64,000 bases of DNA, from contig CADAIJ010000010.1 in the NCBI GenBank assembly GCA_902787955.1, forward strand, positions 1,942 to 65,941. The letters are read 5' to 3'. Below, one piece after another: positions 27,587 through 35,678 of this stretch (position 1 is the first letter of the stretch; every line of letters begins with the position of its first letter). Position numbers and translations under genes: made by a program. The notes below the pieces were generated by a model that had not been told where the DNA came from, ran no database searches, and saw nothing but the letters and a program-made list of their open reading frames with translations. This DNA comes from an uncultured Erysipelotrichaceae bacterium (GTDB lineage Bacteria > Bacillota_I > Bacilli_A > RFN20 > CAG-826).

Positions 27587-27698
27587 TAGCTATTTCCTTT
27601 TTAAAATACGTTTAAAGTAAATAATATTTAATAATTAAAGATTTTATATAAATATAATTAAGACGAATAAATGTAGTATTTACAATACTAAGTTATTG

Positions 27699-28670
27699 TT
27701 ATGCGTGGTCGACGTGAGGTTTAACAGCAAATCTCATACCAACTTGGAAGTCGTGGATATATTTAGAGACATCCCAAATAGATTTAGCTGGAGTACCTAA
27801 TTCTGCCCAACCTTCTAACCAAATGGTAACTGTGAACTTTAAAGCTTGGTTATTACCTTTAGTGTTAGTTTGACCTAAAGCAGTTTTACCATCAACACTG
27901 AAGTCTGCAACAGAATCATCAACATCAAAAGAACTTAACTTTCCAGCAACTTGGGTTAAAGTATCATCGCCATATTTTGTAGCAACTGTTTCGTCCCATT
28001 CATAACCTGTAGACTTATCATTAGCTGTATCGTTATTTAAATCTAAATAACCACCTAATGTAGTTGTGACATCATCAGTATGGGTAGTAATTAAGTTACC
28101 AGTTGTACCATTAGTAATATGGAATCTTAAACCTTTAGCAAAGTCGGCAGCTTGAACACCAGCGCCAGCATAACCTGCACCAGTCTTAGCGTTAGCAGCA
28201 ACTGTTAAGTCAGCAAGATAGACATCCTTTTCAAGGAATTTTTCTTCAGCCGCACCATTAATGTCTTTAACTCTAAGATAGACATCATATTGTAAATAAG
28301 CAGCATTATCAGCAGCCATCCAAGTAGAATAATTAAAATATTGATAAATTGGGTTGCCTTTGAATGATGCTGGAGCGGTTGCTAAATTCTTAGCACGTGC
28401 TGCACCTTCGGTGACAGGTTGTAATTTCATACCTGTATGTGTATCGGCGGCAGCGATAATTTGAGCGCTAGTTAAATCAGAATACCAGTTAGTGCCATCA
28501 AGGCTTATTTGAAGAGCTTCAGTACAGTGAACAGAAGTTCCCATATAAGACATTGTGGCTCTGGTAGAATATTGGTACCATGCGACAGATCCTGAAAGGG
28601 AACCGACTAAACCTGCTCCCGCGAGAAGACCTAACGCACCAACAATGAGTTTTTTATTATTAGTTTTCAT
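27699..28670 (-). CDS. SipW-cognate TasA-like protein, Ala/Gly/Thr-rich (candidate major structural subunit)
   Basis: N-terminus MKTNNKKLIVGALGLLAGAGLVGSLSGSVAWYQYSTRATMSYMGTSV; C-terminus TIWLEGWAELG...HDFQVGMRFAV. Higher GC and Ala-rich composition than its neighbours. Followed by a hairpin + U-rich attenuator in the 112-nt gap. Confidence 0.55.
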   Translation of the reverse strand: MKTNNKKLIVGALGLLAGAGLVGSLSGSVAWYQYSTRATMSYMGTSVHCTEALQISLDGTNWYSDLTSAQIIAAADTHTGMKLQPVTEGAARAKNLATAPASFKGNPIYQYFNYSTWMAADNAAYLQYDVYLRVKDINGAAEEKFLEKDVYLADLTVAANAKTGAGYAGAGVQAADFAKGLRFHITNGTTGNLITTHTDDVTTTLGGYLDLNNDTANDKSTGYEWDETVATKYGDDTLTQVAGKLSSFDVDDSVADFSVDGKTALGQTNTKGNNQALKFTVTIWLEGWAELGTPAKSIWDVSKYIHDFQVGMRFAVKPHVDHA

Positions 28671-29490
28671 AAGCGTTTATTTCAACTCCTAATTTCATGT
28701 TTGCACCTTCTGGTGCTTCGAGACTTGAATTTGATTGAGGGTCTTCACCTTCAACCCAAGTCACGATTGTGTAACGTTTCATATCACCTGCATTGAAATT
28801 AGAAACTGGAATAGTAGCGATCGTAGTGTCATTTTCGAACTCTTCTGCAAATCCAGGGAATGGGTTAGCAGCGTCCGCTTTTGATAAAGGAATAGAAATA
28901 TACTCTTTTTGAGTAGGGTTTCCATCCTCATCATAGTTAATGCCTTCACTTCGTTTTGCGTACACGGTGTAATCGTGATCAGTGGAAATGCCATCATTTT
29001 CATAGATCATAACTCTAACAAGGTTATCAATGTATCTTCCATCTTTAGATGGTTTGTTTTCAGTGATATTAACCTTAAAGTCATATCTACAAGTAGAGTT
29101 TCCTACGTTTTTAAGGAAGAATGTGTACTTAAAGAAATCCATAGAGACGACTTCTTTGTTCTTTGAATCATAGTTAGCACCATAAAGGTAATCATAACTA
29201 TCATTGTCGATACGAGATTCGTCTTCTCTGATTTTCTCAAAAGTGTATTCCTCGTATGTCTTAATCTCACCAACGTGTAAATAAGATGTAGGATTACTGA
29301 AAGATGATTTTTCACTTAAAGCGATCTGAACACCCCCAGTTCCTAAAGTAACTGTGAATGTACCTGTGTATTGACCAAGAAAAGCGACTATCGCTAATGA
29401 AGTTACTCCACCTGCGCCAACAAGTGCAATAATAGCGGCAGCCTTTTTTCTTCGGTGCTTTTTCGCATACTCAATTTCTAGTTCTTTCAT
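28660..29490 (-). CDS. SipW-cognate secreted protein, TasA/camelysin-like; first gene of the riboswitch-3 operon
   Basis: N-terminus KKHRRKKAAAIIALVGAGGVTSLAIVAFLGQYTG; C-terminus IVTWVEGEDPQS...ANMKLGVEINAYEN. No obvious SD before the ATG. Confidence 0.5.
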   Translation of the reverse strand: MKELEIEYAKKHRRKKAAAIIALVGAGGVTSLAIVAFLGQYTGTFTVTLGTGGVQIALSEKSSFSNPTSYLHVGEIKTYEEYTFEKIREDESRIDNDSYDYLYGANYDSKNKEVVSMDFFKYTFFLKNVGNSTCRYDFKVNITENKPSKDGRYIDNLVRVMIYENDGISTDHDYTVYAKRSEGINYDEDGNPTQKEYISIPLSKADAANPFPGFAEEFENDTTIATIPVSNFNAGDMKRYTIVTWVEGEDPQSNSSLEAPEGANMKLGVEINAYEN

Positions 29491-29543
29491 AGATGATAAT
29501 AGTGTTGCTCAAATAGCTTGAGCTAAATGTCCCAAAGGAAGGA

Positions 29544-29606
29544 AATAAAAACCAGTTGCCTATCATCCAATCAATTGGCGGAATATTTCATCCTTTAAGG
29601 CAACTG
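29544..29606 (-). terminator. riboswitch-controlled terminator (alternative to aptamer P1)
   Basis: Minus RNA: CCAGUUGCC (the aptamer's conserved 3' element) pairs perfectly with downstream GGCAACUGG (9 bp), followed by UUUUUAUUU. Confidence 0.65.
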
Positions 29607-29668
29607 GCTATCTTTTTCAAGACCCTATAGCTTTGCGACCCCATATCTCTATGAGTGTGCTTTTATCT
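29598..29668 (-). promoter_or_regulatory. c-di-GMP-I (GEMM) riboswitch aptamer
   Basis: Minus RNA: AAAAGCACACU-CAUAGAGAUAUG-GGGUCGCAAAGCUAUAGGGUCUUGAAAAAGAUAGCCAGUUGCCUU. GNRA (GAGA) hairpin, UCGCAAAGC, GGGUC...GAU, GCCAGUUGCC. The first element is a variant (GCACAC instead of GCAAACC). Confidence 0.75.
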
Positions 29669-29675
29669 CGCTTAC

Positions 29676-29703
29676 ATTATACACACCCCAAAACAAGATG
29701 CAA
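29676..29703 (-). promoter_or_regulatory. promoter TTGCAT-N16-tgTATAAT (extended -10)
   Basis: -35 TTGCAT = rc of 29698-29703; TGTGTATAAT = rc of 29676-29685. The TSS falls just 5' of the aptamer. Confidence 0.45.
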
Positions 29704-29749
29704 ATATTTTTTTAAAAACTTTTTTTCTCAATAATATGTAATCTTTATA

Positions 29750-29780
29750 AATAAAAAATAGGACTTTCGACCTATTCCTT
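29750..29780 (-). terminator. intrinsic terminator (bidirectional) after the small membrane protein gene
   Basis: AAUAGG-ucgaaagu-CCUAUU hairpin followed by UUUUUUAUUU on the minus strand, with an A-run on the other side. The stop codon lies inside the stem. Confidence 0.65.
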
Positions 29781-30143
29781 ATTTTCTTCGTTTTGGAGAT
29801 CCTTGAGAAGTTCTTTTCTGAGAGCTTCTTTTTGTTCTTCACTAAGATCTGCAACTTTTGGAGTTTCTCTTTTAGCAGACTTTCTGACATAGATTACTAA
29901 ACCGATGATATTGACTGCTAGAAGAACGAATAATGGAAGAACAAATACAAGACCGTAGAATGTTGGATTATTTTGGAGGAATCCAATTAATCCATCTGCT
30001 TCTCTAACATCTGCAGGACCCTTACCTATTGTGGAAGCAAGCATAATTATAGAGATAACTAATAAGAATATAGTTAAACCAACATCTAAGGCAATGCCTA
30101 TAAGAAGTAATATTTTCTTACCAGTTAGTTTTTTAAGTTCCAT
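29772..30143 (-). CDS. small membrane protein (2 TM, K/E-rich C-terminal tail), hypothetical
   Basis: MELKKLTGKKILLLIGIALDVGLTIFLLVISIIMLA...GLVFVLPLFVLLAVNIIGLVIYV then a charged tail. Confidence 0.5.
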   Translation of the reverse strand: MELKKLTGKKILLLIGIALDVGLTIFLLVISIIMLASTIGKGPADVREADGLIGFLQNNPTFYGLVFVLPLFVLLAVNIIGLVIYVRKSAKRETPKVADLSEEQKEALRKELLKDLQNEENKE

Positions 30144-30256
30144 AAAAATAAATCCCCAGGAGAGAAATCCTAGGGATATATTGTAACATATTTATTCTTA
30201 AATCAAGAAATATTTACGCTTGATTAATCAAGAATTTATGCGAGATTTGAAGATAA

Positions 30257-31444
30257 CTATGCAGCGTTTGGAATATTGATGGCTTCAAAGGATAAGTAAG
30301 AAACCATTGTATCGTAAATGGTGTCAATAGTATTGACGATATTATCATCAGTACCTTCAAACCATGCAACAACAGTGTATTGTAAGGATACAATAGTTCC
30401 AGCTTGTGCTTTATCAAAGTAGCCAAGGAATAATGGAGAACCTGTATATGTGGTTCTAACTTCGCCTGTTAAGCTTTCTGGATTGGTAGCATTAGTGCTA
30501 TCAATAAGAGCAGGAGCTACATAAGAAGCAGTTTTACCATCGGTTGCAAATGCACCATTGACTGCAGCGGCTCCAACTACGTGTTTAGCAAGATGTTCGC
30601 CGCTGATTGGTCTGAAATCAGACCAGACACGTGTTTCGGCATGAGAATTTGTGCCAACAAATGCAAGGCGGAAACCTAAACCGGTATCAACACGATATGG
30701 GTTTTTAACATAAACATCAACAGCTTCACCTGATGCACCTCTTGCTTCAACATATGTGGTACAAGCAGCGGTTGTATAGTAAGTACTTGCAGGAATAGCT
30801 GTATTTTCTGGGATTTGGAACGCATAAGATAAAGCAGTACTTCTGGTAAAAGCAGTTTTAGCAGAAGTTTCTACAAAACCAGCTTCAATAGCTGTGGTAC
30901 ATTTTTCATCAGAATAGAAAATGCCAGTGCCAACAGCAAAGCCAACTGGAAGTGTAACTTTCTTAGCCATAATTGCTTCATTAGCTTTGAAGAAGAGACC
31001 AACGTCTTTTGCAGCAGCGCTAGAAAGAGCTAATTTGAAATTCATTGTAAATGTAAAAGCGGAATAGATTTCTTCATTTGTGTCTCTTTTGAGACCATTA
31101 GCGCCAGTAGTCATATCAGCATCTTCTAATGCAACTTTTTTGCCGACTTTATCGCCATCAGCATTTGGTGCAAAGATGTAATGATCTTCAGTAATGTGAT
31201 CAAAAGAAGCGTCAGTTAAAACTTTGCCACTATCAACAGAAACAATATTGGATTCAACATCTGTTCCAAGGCCTTTGCCCATTTCACAAACGAGGTTATC
31301 TTTAGTATTAACAACTGCGAATTCACCAACAGTTGTATTGAATAATCTGTTAGCAGTGAACCATGCAACGGTACCAGTAACGGAAGCCGCTGTGGAAAGT
31401 AATAAGACTGCTAAAGCAGGTACTATAATTTTTGATTTTTTCAT
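30257..31444 (-). CDS. SipW-cognate TasA-like protein, Ala/Thr/Gly-rich; candidate major fibre subunit with its own strong promoter
   Basis: N-terminus MKKSKIIVPALAVLLLSTAASVTGTVAWFTANRLFNTTVGEF; C-terminus ..YTVVAWFEGTDDN...MVSYLSFEAINI (cf. TasA KLQFSFEATQ). AAGGAG SD. Confidence 0.55.
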   Translation of the reverse strand: MKKSKIIVPALAVLLLSTAASVTGTVAWFTANRLFNTTVGEFAVVNTKDNLVCEMGKGLGTDVESNIVSVDSGKVLTDASFDHITEDHYIFAPNADGDKVGKKVALEDADMTTGANGLKRDTNEEIYSAFTFTMNFKLALSSAAAKDVGLFFKANEAIMAKKVTLPVGFAVGTGIFYSDEKCTTAIEAGFVETSAKTAFTRSTALSYAFQIPENTAIPASTYYTTAACTTYVEARGASGEAVDVYVKNPYRVDTGLGFRLAFVGTNSHAETRVWSDFRPISGEHLAKHVVGAAAVNGAFATDGKTASYVAPALIDSTNATNPESLTGEVRTTYTGSPLFLGYFDKAQAGTIVSLQYTVVAWFEGTDDNIVNTIDTIYDTMVSYLSFEAINIPNAA

Positions 31445-31580
31445 AATATTTACTCCTTAAACGACAAAATCATTCAAATAATTCGTCTTTTTACTTGAAT
31501 GGATGATAGGATTAAGATCGCATCGCTTTGTCGCTAATGAGCTTGGGACTTTGCCAACTAGTTTCCGGCTTTGCACCATT

Positions 31581-31610
31581 ATTATATTAAGTTTCTTTTT
31601 TTCTTGTCAA
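31581..31610 (-). promoter_or_regulatory. consensus sigma70 promoter TTGACA-N18-TATAAT with ~130-nt structured 5'UTR
   Basis: rc of 31605-31610 = TTGACA; rc of 31581-31586 = TATAAT. The 5'UTR contains three GCAAAG repeats and a long-range complementarity CGACAAAG / UUUUGUCG. Confidence 0.5.
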
Positions 31611-31707
31611 ACAAAAATGTGAAAGTTTATTTATTTTTATGATTATTTAGTAAGTAATACTTTCTAAAAAATATTGATGTGGTAACATTTATAGTCACTG
31701 GGACATT

Positions 31708-33648
31708 ATGAAAAGTAGAAGATTAGTTTTAGGAAGCTGGGCAATATACTTCATTCTATTGCTATGTTTTTACTTTATTGAAATGATCTTTATGAATAAG
31801 GATATGAGTGTGAGATTCATGGATTTAACTCACCTTGTTCCTTTTTTTATTGGAATCTTGCTTCTCGCTACTTTGTTCTTCTATTTTGAAAAGAAACATA
31901 ATAAGGAGAATCTGAATTTACCATTTATCATAATTCTTTCTTCTTTATTCATAATGTTTGCAATAGTTATCTTCCTTTTTCCAGAAGAAAAAGAATTTAC
32001 GGTTTTAGAAGAATTAGGAGACTATCATCCTAGCTCCCCTACTTTTATATATGAATTAAGTCTTAACGATAAAATCTATTTCATCCTTATGGCGTTTATC
32101 TCTTGCTTAATGTCATATATCTATATTGTTCTTCTTCCGAAGAAATATTATTTCACTAGGATTATAAATCCTATCTATTACACTGCTTTAGTGTTCGTGA
32201 CTGTAGTTATGGTTTATAGCTACATAACTGAATTTAATATGTATCTAGAGTTCCCTAAGAACTTATTTAATCTAGGTGTCGCGGGATATCCTAAACCAAA
32301 ATCATTCTTCTTAAATAGTAATAACCTTGGTTTTCTTTATTTAGCAATGATTTGTTTTACCTTACTTGTTCATCATCAGCATCCAAGATGGTGGTATTAC
32401 ATGATCGCAGGTATATTACTCGCTAACTCGTTAACAGTGGTTAGTAAAACTAACTTTGCTTTAAGTGTCTTTATTTTTGCCGCCTATTTCATTGGTAGAT
32501 TCTTCGCCACATTTAAAGAACAAAGGAAGATGAATATTATCGCGGGCTCAATAATTACATCTATCTTTGTCGCGTTAGTTATATCTGTAAGTATTTCTTC
32601 TATCTTTAGAAATGAATACTATTTATTCTTTGAAAGAATCTATTTAACCACCTTTAAGTTTGATGAATCTCATTTCTCCACTTTTACAGGGAGAACTTAT
32701 CTATGGGAGATGGTTATTGATATCTTAAATCAAACATCCTGGGTAGTAGGAGCAGGTCATGGGGTCTTTAATACCTTATTCTTAAAGTATTGCTCCATGT
32801 ATTGGGGAGAACACGCCACCACGATGCCACATAATGGCTTTATGCAGTTACTTGGTGAAGGAGGAATAATCTATTTAATCGCCTTCTTTGCCTTTATTGG
32901 ATATGTTATTTATAAACTCGTTAGAATTCAAAAAACCCATAAAGGGTTAGCTATTTTTGAGTGGCCAATGCTAATTGTTATTTTAGCCCATATGTTATTT
33001 GAATCCGCCACACCAGTAGTGTTTGCAATTCCAACTGTAGATTCGATGATCTTTGTCTTCTTATTCGCTCTTCCAATTCTTAATACTAGATTTAAAGATA
33101 AACATCAGGAAGTTTTAAAAGATATTGCGATAGAAAGTGAAGTAGTTAAATACTATAACTTAAAAGAAAAGCCACTTTATAAAGCTAATACGATTTTATT
33201 CTTCTTAACTCCTTTTGTCTCCTTCTTAATTGGTATTACTTATGCCTTATTTGGATTTAATGTTCCTTTATATTACTTTGTAATCATTTTAGGCGCGTTA
33301 TTTATTTATATATTTATTCCTTATTTATTTAATAGTAATGAGAAATTTAGCGATTATCTTAAGCACTCAGTATGGAAAGTACTACTCCTAGTGTTTGTCT
33401 TAGCTCTTTATTATTTCTTATTTACCTTATGGTCTAAATCTGATAAATCTGCACTTATGTTTATCGGCTTCAGCGGAGGAATGCTATATATCTTCCTTAT
33501 CTCTACGATTAAAGAGCTTCACTTCTTAGCAGATTTCTTATTCATGTTATTCGATAATTTAAATACATTCTTTATTCGCCTATATTCGAGCTTTGTAATT
33601 AAAGAGTTAGAACATAGAAAAGCTCAAAGACTAGAATTAAATAAGTAA
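31708..33648 (+). CDS. O-antigen ligase / Wzy_C-family polytopic membrane protein
   Basis: ~12 TM helices. Wzy_C-type motif ..SWVVGAGHGVFNTLF...HATTMPHNGFMQLLGEGGIIYLIAF. Confidence 0.5.
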   Translation: MKSRRLVLGSWAIYFILLLCFYFIEMIFMNKDMSVRFMDLTHLVPFFIGILLLATLFFYFEKKHNKENLNLPFIIILSSLFIMFAIVIFLFPEEKEFTVLEELGDYHPSSPTFIYELSLNDKIYFILMAFISCLMSYIYIVLLPKKYYFTRIINPIYYTALVFVTVVMVYSYITEFNMYLEFPKNLFNLGVAGYPKPKSFFLNSNNLGFLYLAMICFTLLVHHQHPRWWYYMIAGILLANSLTVVSKTNFALSVFIFAAYFIGRFFATFKEQRKMNIIAGSIITSIFVALVISVSISSIFRNEYYLFFERIYLTTFKFDESHFSTFTGRTYLWEMVIDILNQTSWVVGAGHGVFNTLFLKYCSMYWGEHATTMPHNGFMQLLGEGGIIYLIAFFAFIGYVIYKLVRIQKTHKGLAIFEWPMLIVILAHMLFESATPVVFAIPTVDSMIFVFLFALPILNTRFKDKHQEVLKDIAIESEVVKYYNLKEKPLYKANTILFFLTPFVSFLIGITYALFGFNVPLYYFVIILGALFIYIFIPYLFNSNEKFSDYLKHSVWKVLLLVFVLALYYFLFTLWSKSDKSALMFIGFSGGMLYIFLISTIKELHFLADFLFMLFDNLNTFFIRLYSSFVIKELEHRKAQRLELNK

Positions 33649-33650
33649 AT

Positions 33651-33680
33651 TAAAAGCCTCTCATAGAGAGGCTAAAATTT
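33651..33680. terminator. bidirectional intrinsic terminator
   Basis: AGCCUCUC-AUA-GAGAGGCU 8-bp hairpin between convergent genes, with A/U runs on both sides. Confidence 0.55.
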
Positions 33681-33693
33681 TATTATATTTCCT

Positions 33694-34638
33694 TTACTTT
33701 AGAAGGGCTTCTGCTGGTTCTTTAGGAGCGTCTAAGAAGGATAAGATATCGTTATAAACTTTATCTTTTTCTTTTTCATTTAAGATTTCATGTCTTAAAC
33801 CTTCATATAACTTAAGTTGAACATCAGTTAAACCAAGTTTGGTGTAGAGTTTTGCTAAAGAAGCTGGTCCTTTACCAAAGGCACCGACTGGGTCATCTTT
33901 ACCAGCGATAAGTAAGACAGACATATCTTTACGGATTTTCTTTAAGAATTTACGTTTAAATAATCTAGCGTTACCTTTAATGAATTCGCGGTAGAATCCT
34001 TTACTTGGAATAAATCCACAGTAAGGATCAGCGATATATTTATCAACGTTTTCTTCGTTAACACTTAACCAATCAAATTCAGTTCTAGCTGGTTTAAATT
34101 TCTTATTATAGCCACCAAAGATGATTTTATTTAATAAATCACCTTGTTCTAAATATTTGCGTTTAGGCGCTAAAAGTTTACAGGTTAAATAACCAACGGA
34201 GAATAAACCTTTGGCATTTGGTCCATTTGTGCCACAGATAACGACCTTATTAATATGGTCAGTAAATCTTTGGATGTAGTCTTGAAGCATAAAGCTTCCC
34301 ATTGAGTGAGCAAAGATAAATGTTGGTTTTAAAGAAGCGCGAAGTCTAACCACTAAATTATCGATATCTTTAACTGAACGAGAGAAGAAGGATGGTGGGA
34401 CTACACCAAGATTTTCGGTATTTCCTGCGGTTAAACCTTGGCCATAATGATCTAAACAATAAACATCATAACCATGTTCATTTAAAAAGTTAGCAAAGTC
34501 ATCATAACGGATCGCGGTTTCTGCCATACCGGTAACGATAATAACGTTAGCTTTTGGTTCTTTAATTGTCCAAGCGTAACCTCTTTTAATAGATTCACCT
34601 ATTTGTTGATATATTTCTTCTCGAGCCATAAGTTTCAC
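33694..34638 (-). CDS. alpha/beta hydrolase (lysophospholipase / monoacylglycerol lipase-like)
   Basis: GxSxG nucleophile elbow AHSMGSF; hydrolase_4-like length and pattern. Confidence 0.6.
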   Translation of the reverse strand: MKLMAREEIYQQIGESIKRGYAWTIKEPKANVIIVTGMAETAIRYDDFANFLNEHGYDVYCLDHYGQGLTAGNTENLGVVPPSFFSRSVKDIDNLVVRLRASLKPTFIFAHSMGSFMLQDYIQRFTDHINKVVICGTNGPNAKGLFSVGYLTCKLLAPKRKYLEQGDLLNKIIFGGYNKKFKPARTEFDWLSVNEENVDKYIADPYCGFIPSKGFYREFIKGNARLFKRKFLKKIRKDMSVLLIAGKDDPVGAFGKGPASLAKLYTKLGLTDVQLKLYEGLRHEILNEKEKDKVYNDILSFLDAPKEPAEALLK

Positions 34639-34650
34639 TCCTTTAATTAA

Positions 34651-35673
34651 TTATTTATCAAAACCTTTTGGATTTTTCTTTTGCCAGTTCCATGAGTCGC
34701 GGCAGCTATCCACTATAGTATATTTGGTTTTAAAGCCCATTTCACGGAATGCTTTATCTGCGTTCGCGTAGCTTTGTGGTAAGTCGCCAGGTCTTCTTCC
34801 TACGATTTTATATGGAATATTAACATGGTTAGCTTCCATAAAGGCATTGATGAGTTCTAAGACAGATGTACCGACACCAGTACCTAAGTTATAAATAACT
34901 CTTCCTGGTTTTTCTTCTAGTTTCTTAAGTGCTAATAAATGACCATGGGCTAAATCGACAACATGGATATAGTCTCTAATACATGTACCATCTGGAGTTG
35001 GATAATCATTACCAAAAACAGAAAGCATTGGAAGTTTGCCAACAGCAACTTGGGTAATATATGGCATTAAGTTATTTGGAATACCATTTGGATCTTCTCC
35101 AATTAAGCCAGATTTATGGGCACCAATTGGGTTAAAGTAACGAAGAATGACAGGGTTAAATTCTGGGTCATTTTTCGAAATTTCCTCTAACATCTCCTCT
35201 ATTTTGACTTTAGTTTCGGCATATGGGTTAGTGACATTACCGATTGGATCAGTCTCATAAAGTGGCATTCTTTCTGGTTGTCCATAGACTGTTGCAGATG
35301 AAGAGAAAACAATATTATGAACACCGTGTTCTTTCATCTTTTTAAGTAAGACTTCAGTGGAACCAATGTTGTTATCGTAATATAGTTGTGGTTTTTGGAC
35401 TGATTCTCCAACAGATTTTAAACCCGCAAAATGGATGACCGCGAAGATATCATGGTTAGAGAAGATTTTTTCCATACCTTCTTCATCACGGACATCATAT
35501 TCATAGAATGTTGGTCTAACTCCCGTGATTGTTTCAAGTCTATTTAAGACTTCAAGTTTAGAGTTAACTAAGCTATCAACAATAACTACTTCGTAGCCAT
35601 TTTCAATAAGCTCAATAACAGTGTGAGAGCCAATATAGCCAAGGCCTCCAGTAACTAAAATGGTTTTCTTCAT
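34651..35673 (-). CDS. galE: UDP-glucose 4-epimerase
   Basis: MKKTILVTGGLGYIGSHTV NAD-binding GxxGxxG; YxxxK (YAETK); full-length GalE pattern. Confidence 0.85.
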   Translation of the reverse strand: MKKTILVTGGLGYIGSHTVIELIENGYEVVIVDSLVNSKLEVLNRLETITGVRPTFYEYDVRDEEGMEKIFSNHDIFAVIHFAGLKSVGESVQKPQLYYDNNIGSTEVLLKKMKEHGVHNIVFSSSATVYGQPERMPLYETDPIGNVTNPYAETKVKIEEMLEEISKNDPEFNPVILRYFNPIGAHKSGLIGEDPNGIPNNLMPYITQVAVGKLPMLSVFGNDYPTPDGTCIRDYIHVVDLAHGHLLALKKLEEKPGRVIYNLGTGVGTSVLELINAFMEANHVNIPYKIVGRRPGDLPQSYANADKAFREMGFKTKYTIVDSCRDSWNWQKKNPKGFDK

Positions 35674-35678
35674 GCTTT

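Noticed and set aside
29491-29543. Missing SD for the first gene of the riboswitch-3 operon
   Set aside because: No alternative in-frame start with an SD was found; MKELEIEY... was kept. Translation may rely on the structured leader. Flagged but not treated as a pseudogene.
31490-31585. GEMM-like fragments (three GCAAAG copies, CUAGUUGGC) in the 5'UTR of gene 30257-31444
   Set aside because: Elements are not in the canonical GEMM order and the GCAGCCAGUUGC 3' element is missing. Treated as a structured 5'UTR, not a fourth riboswitch.
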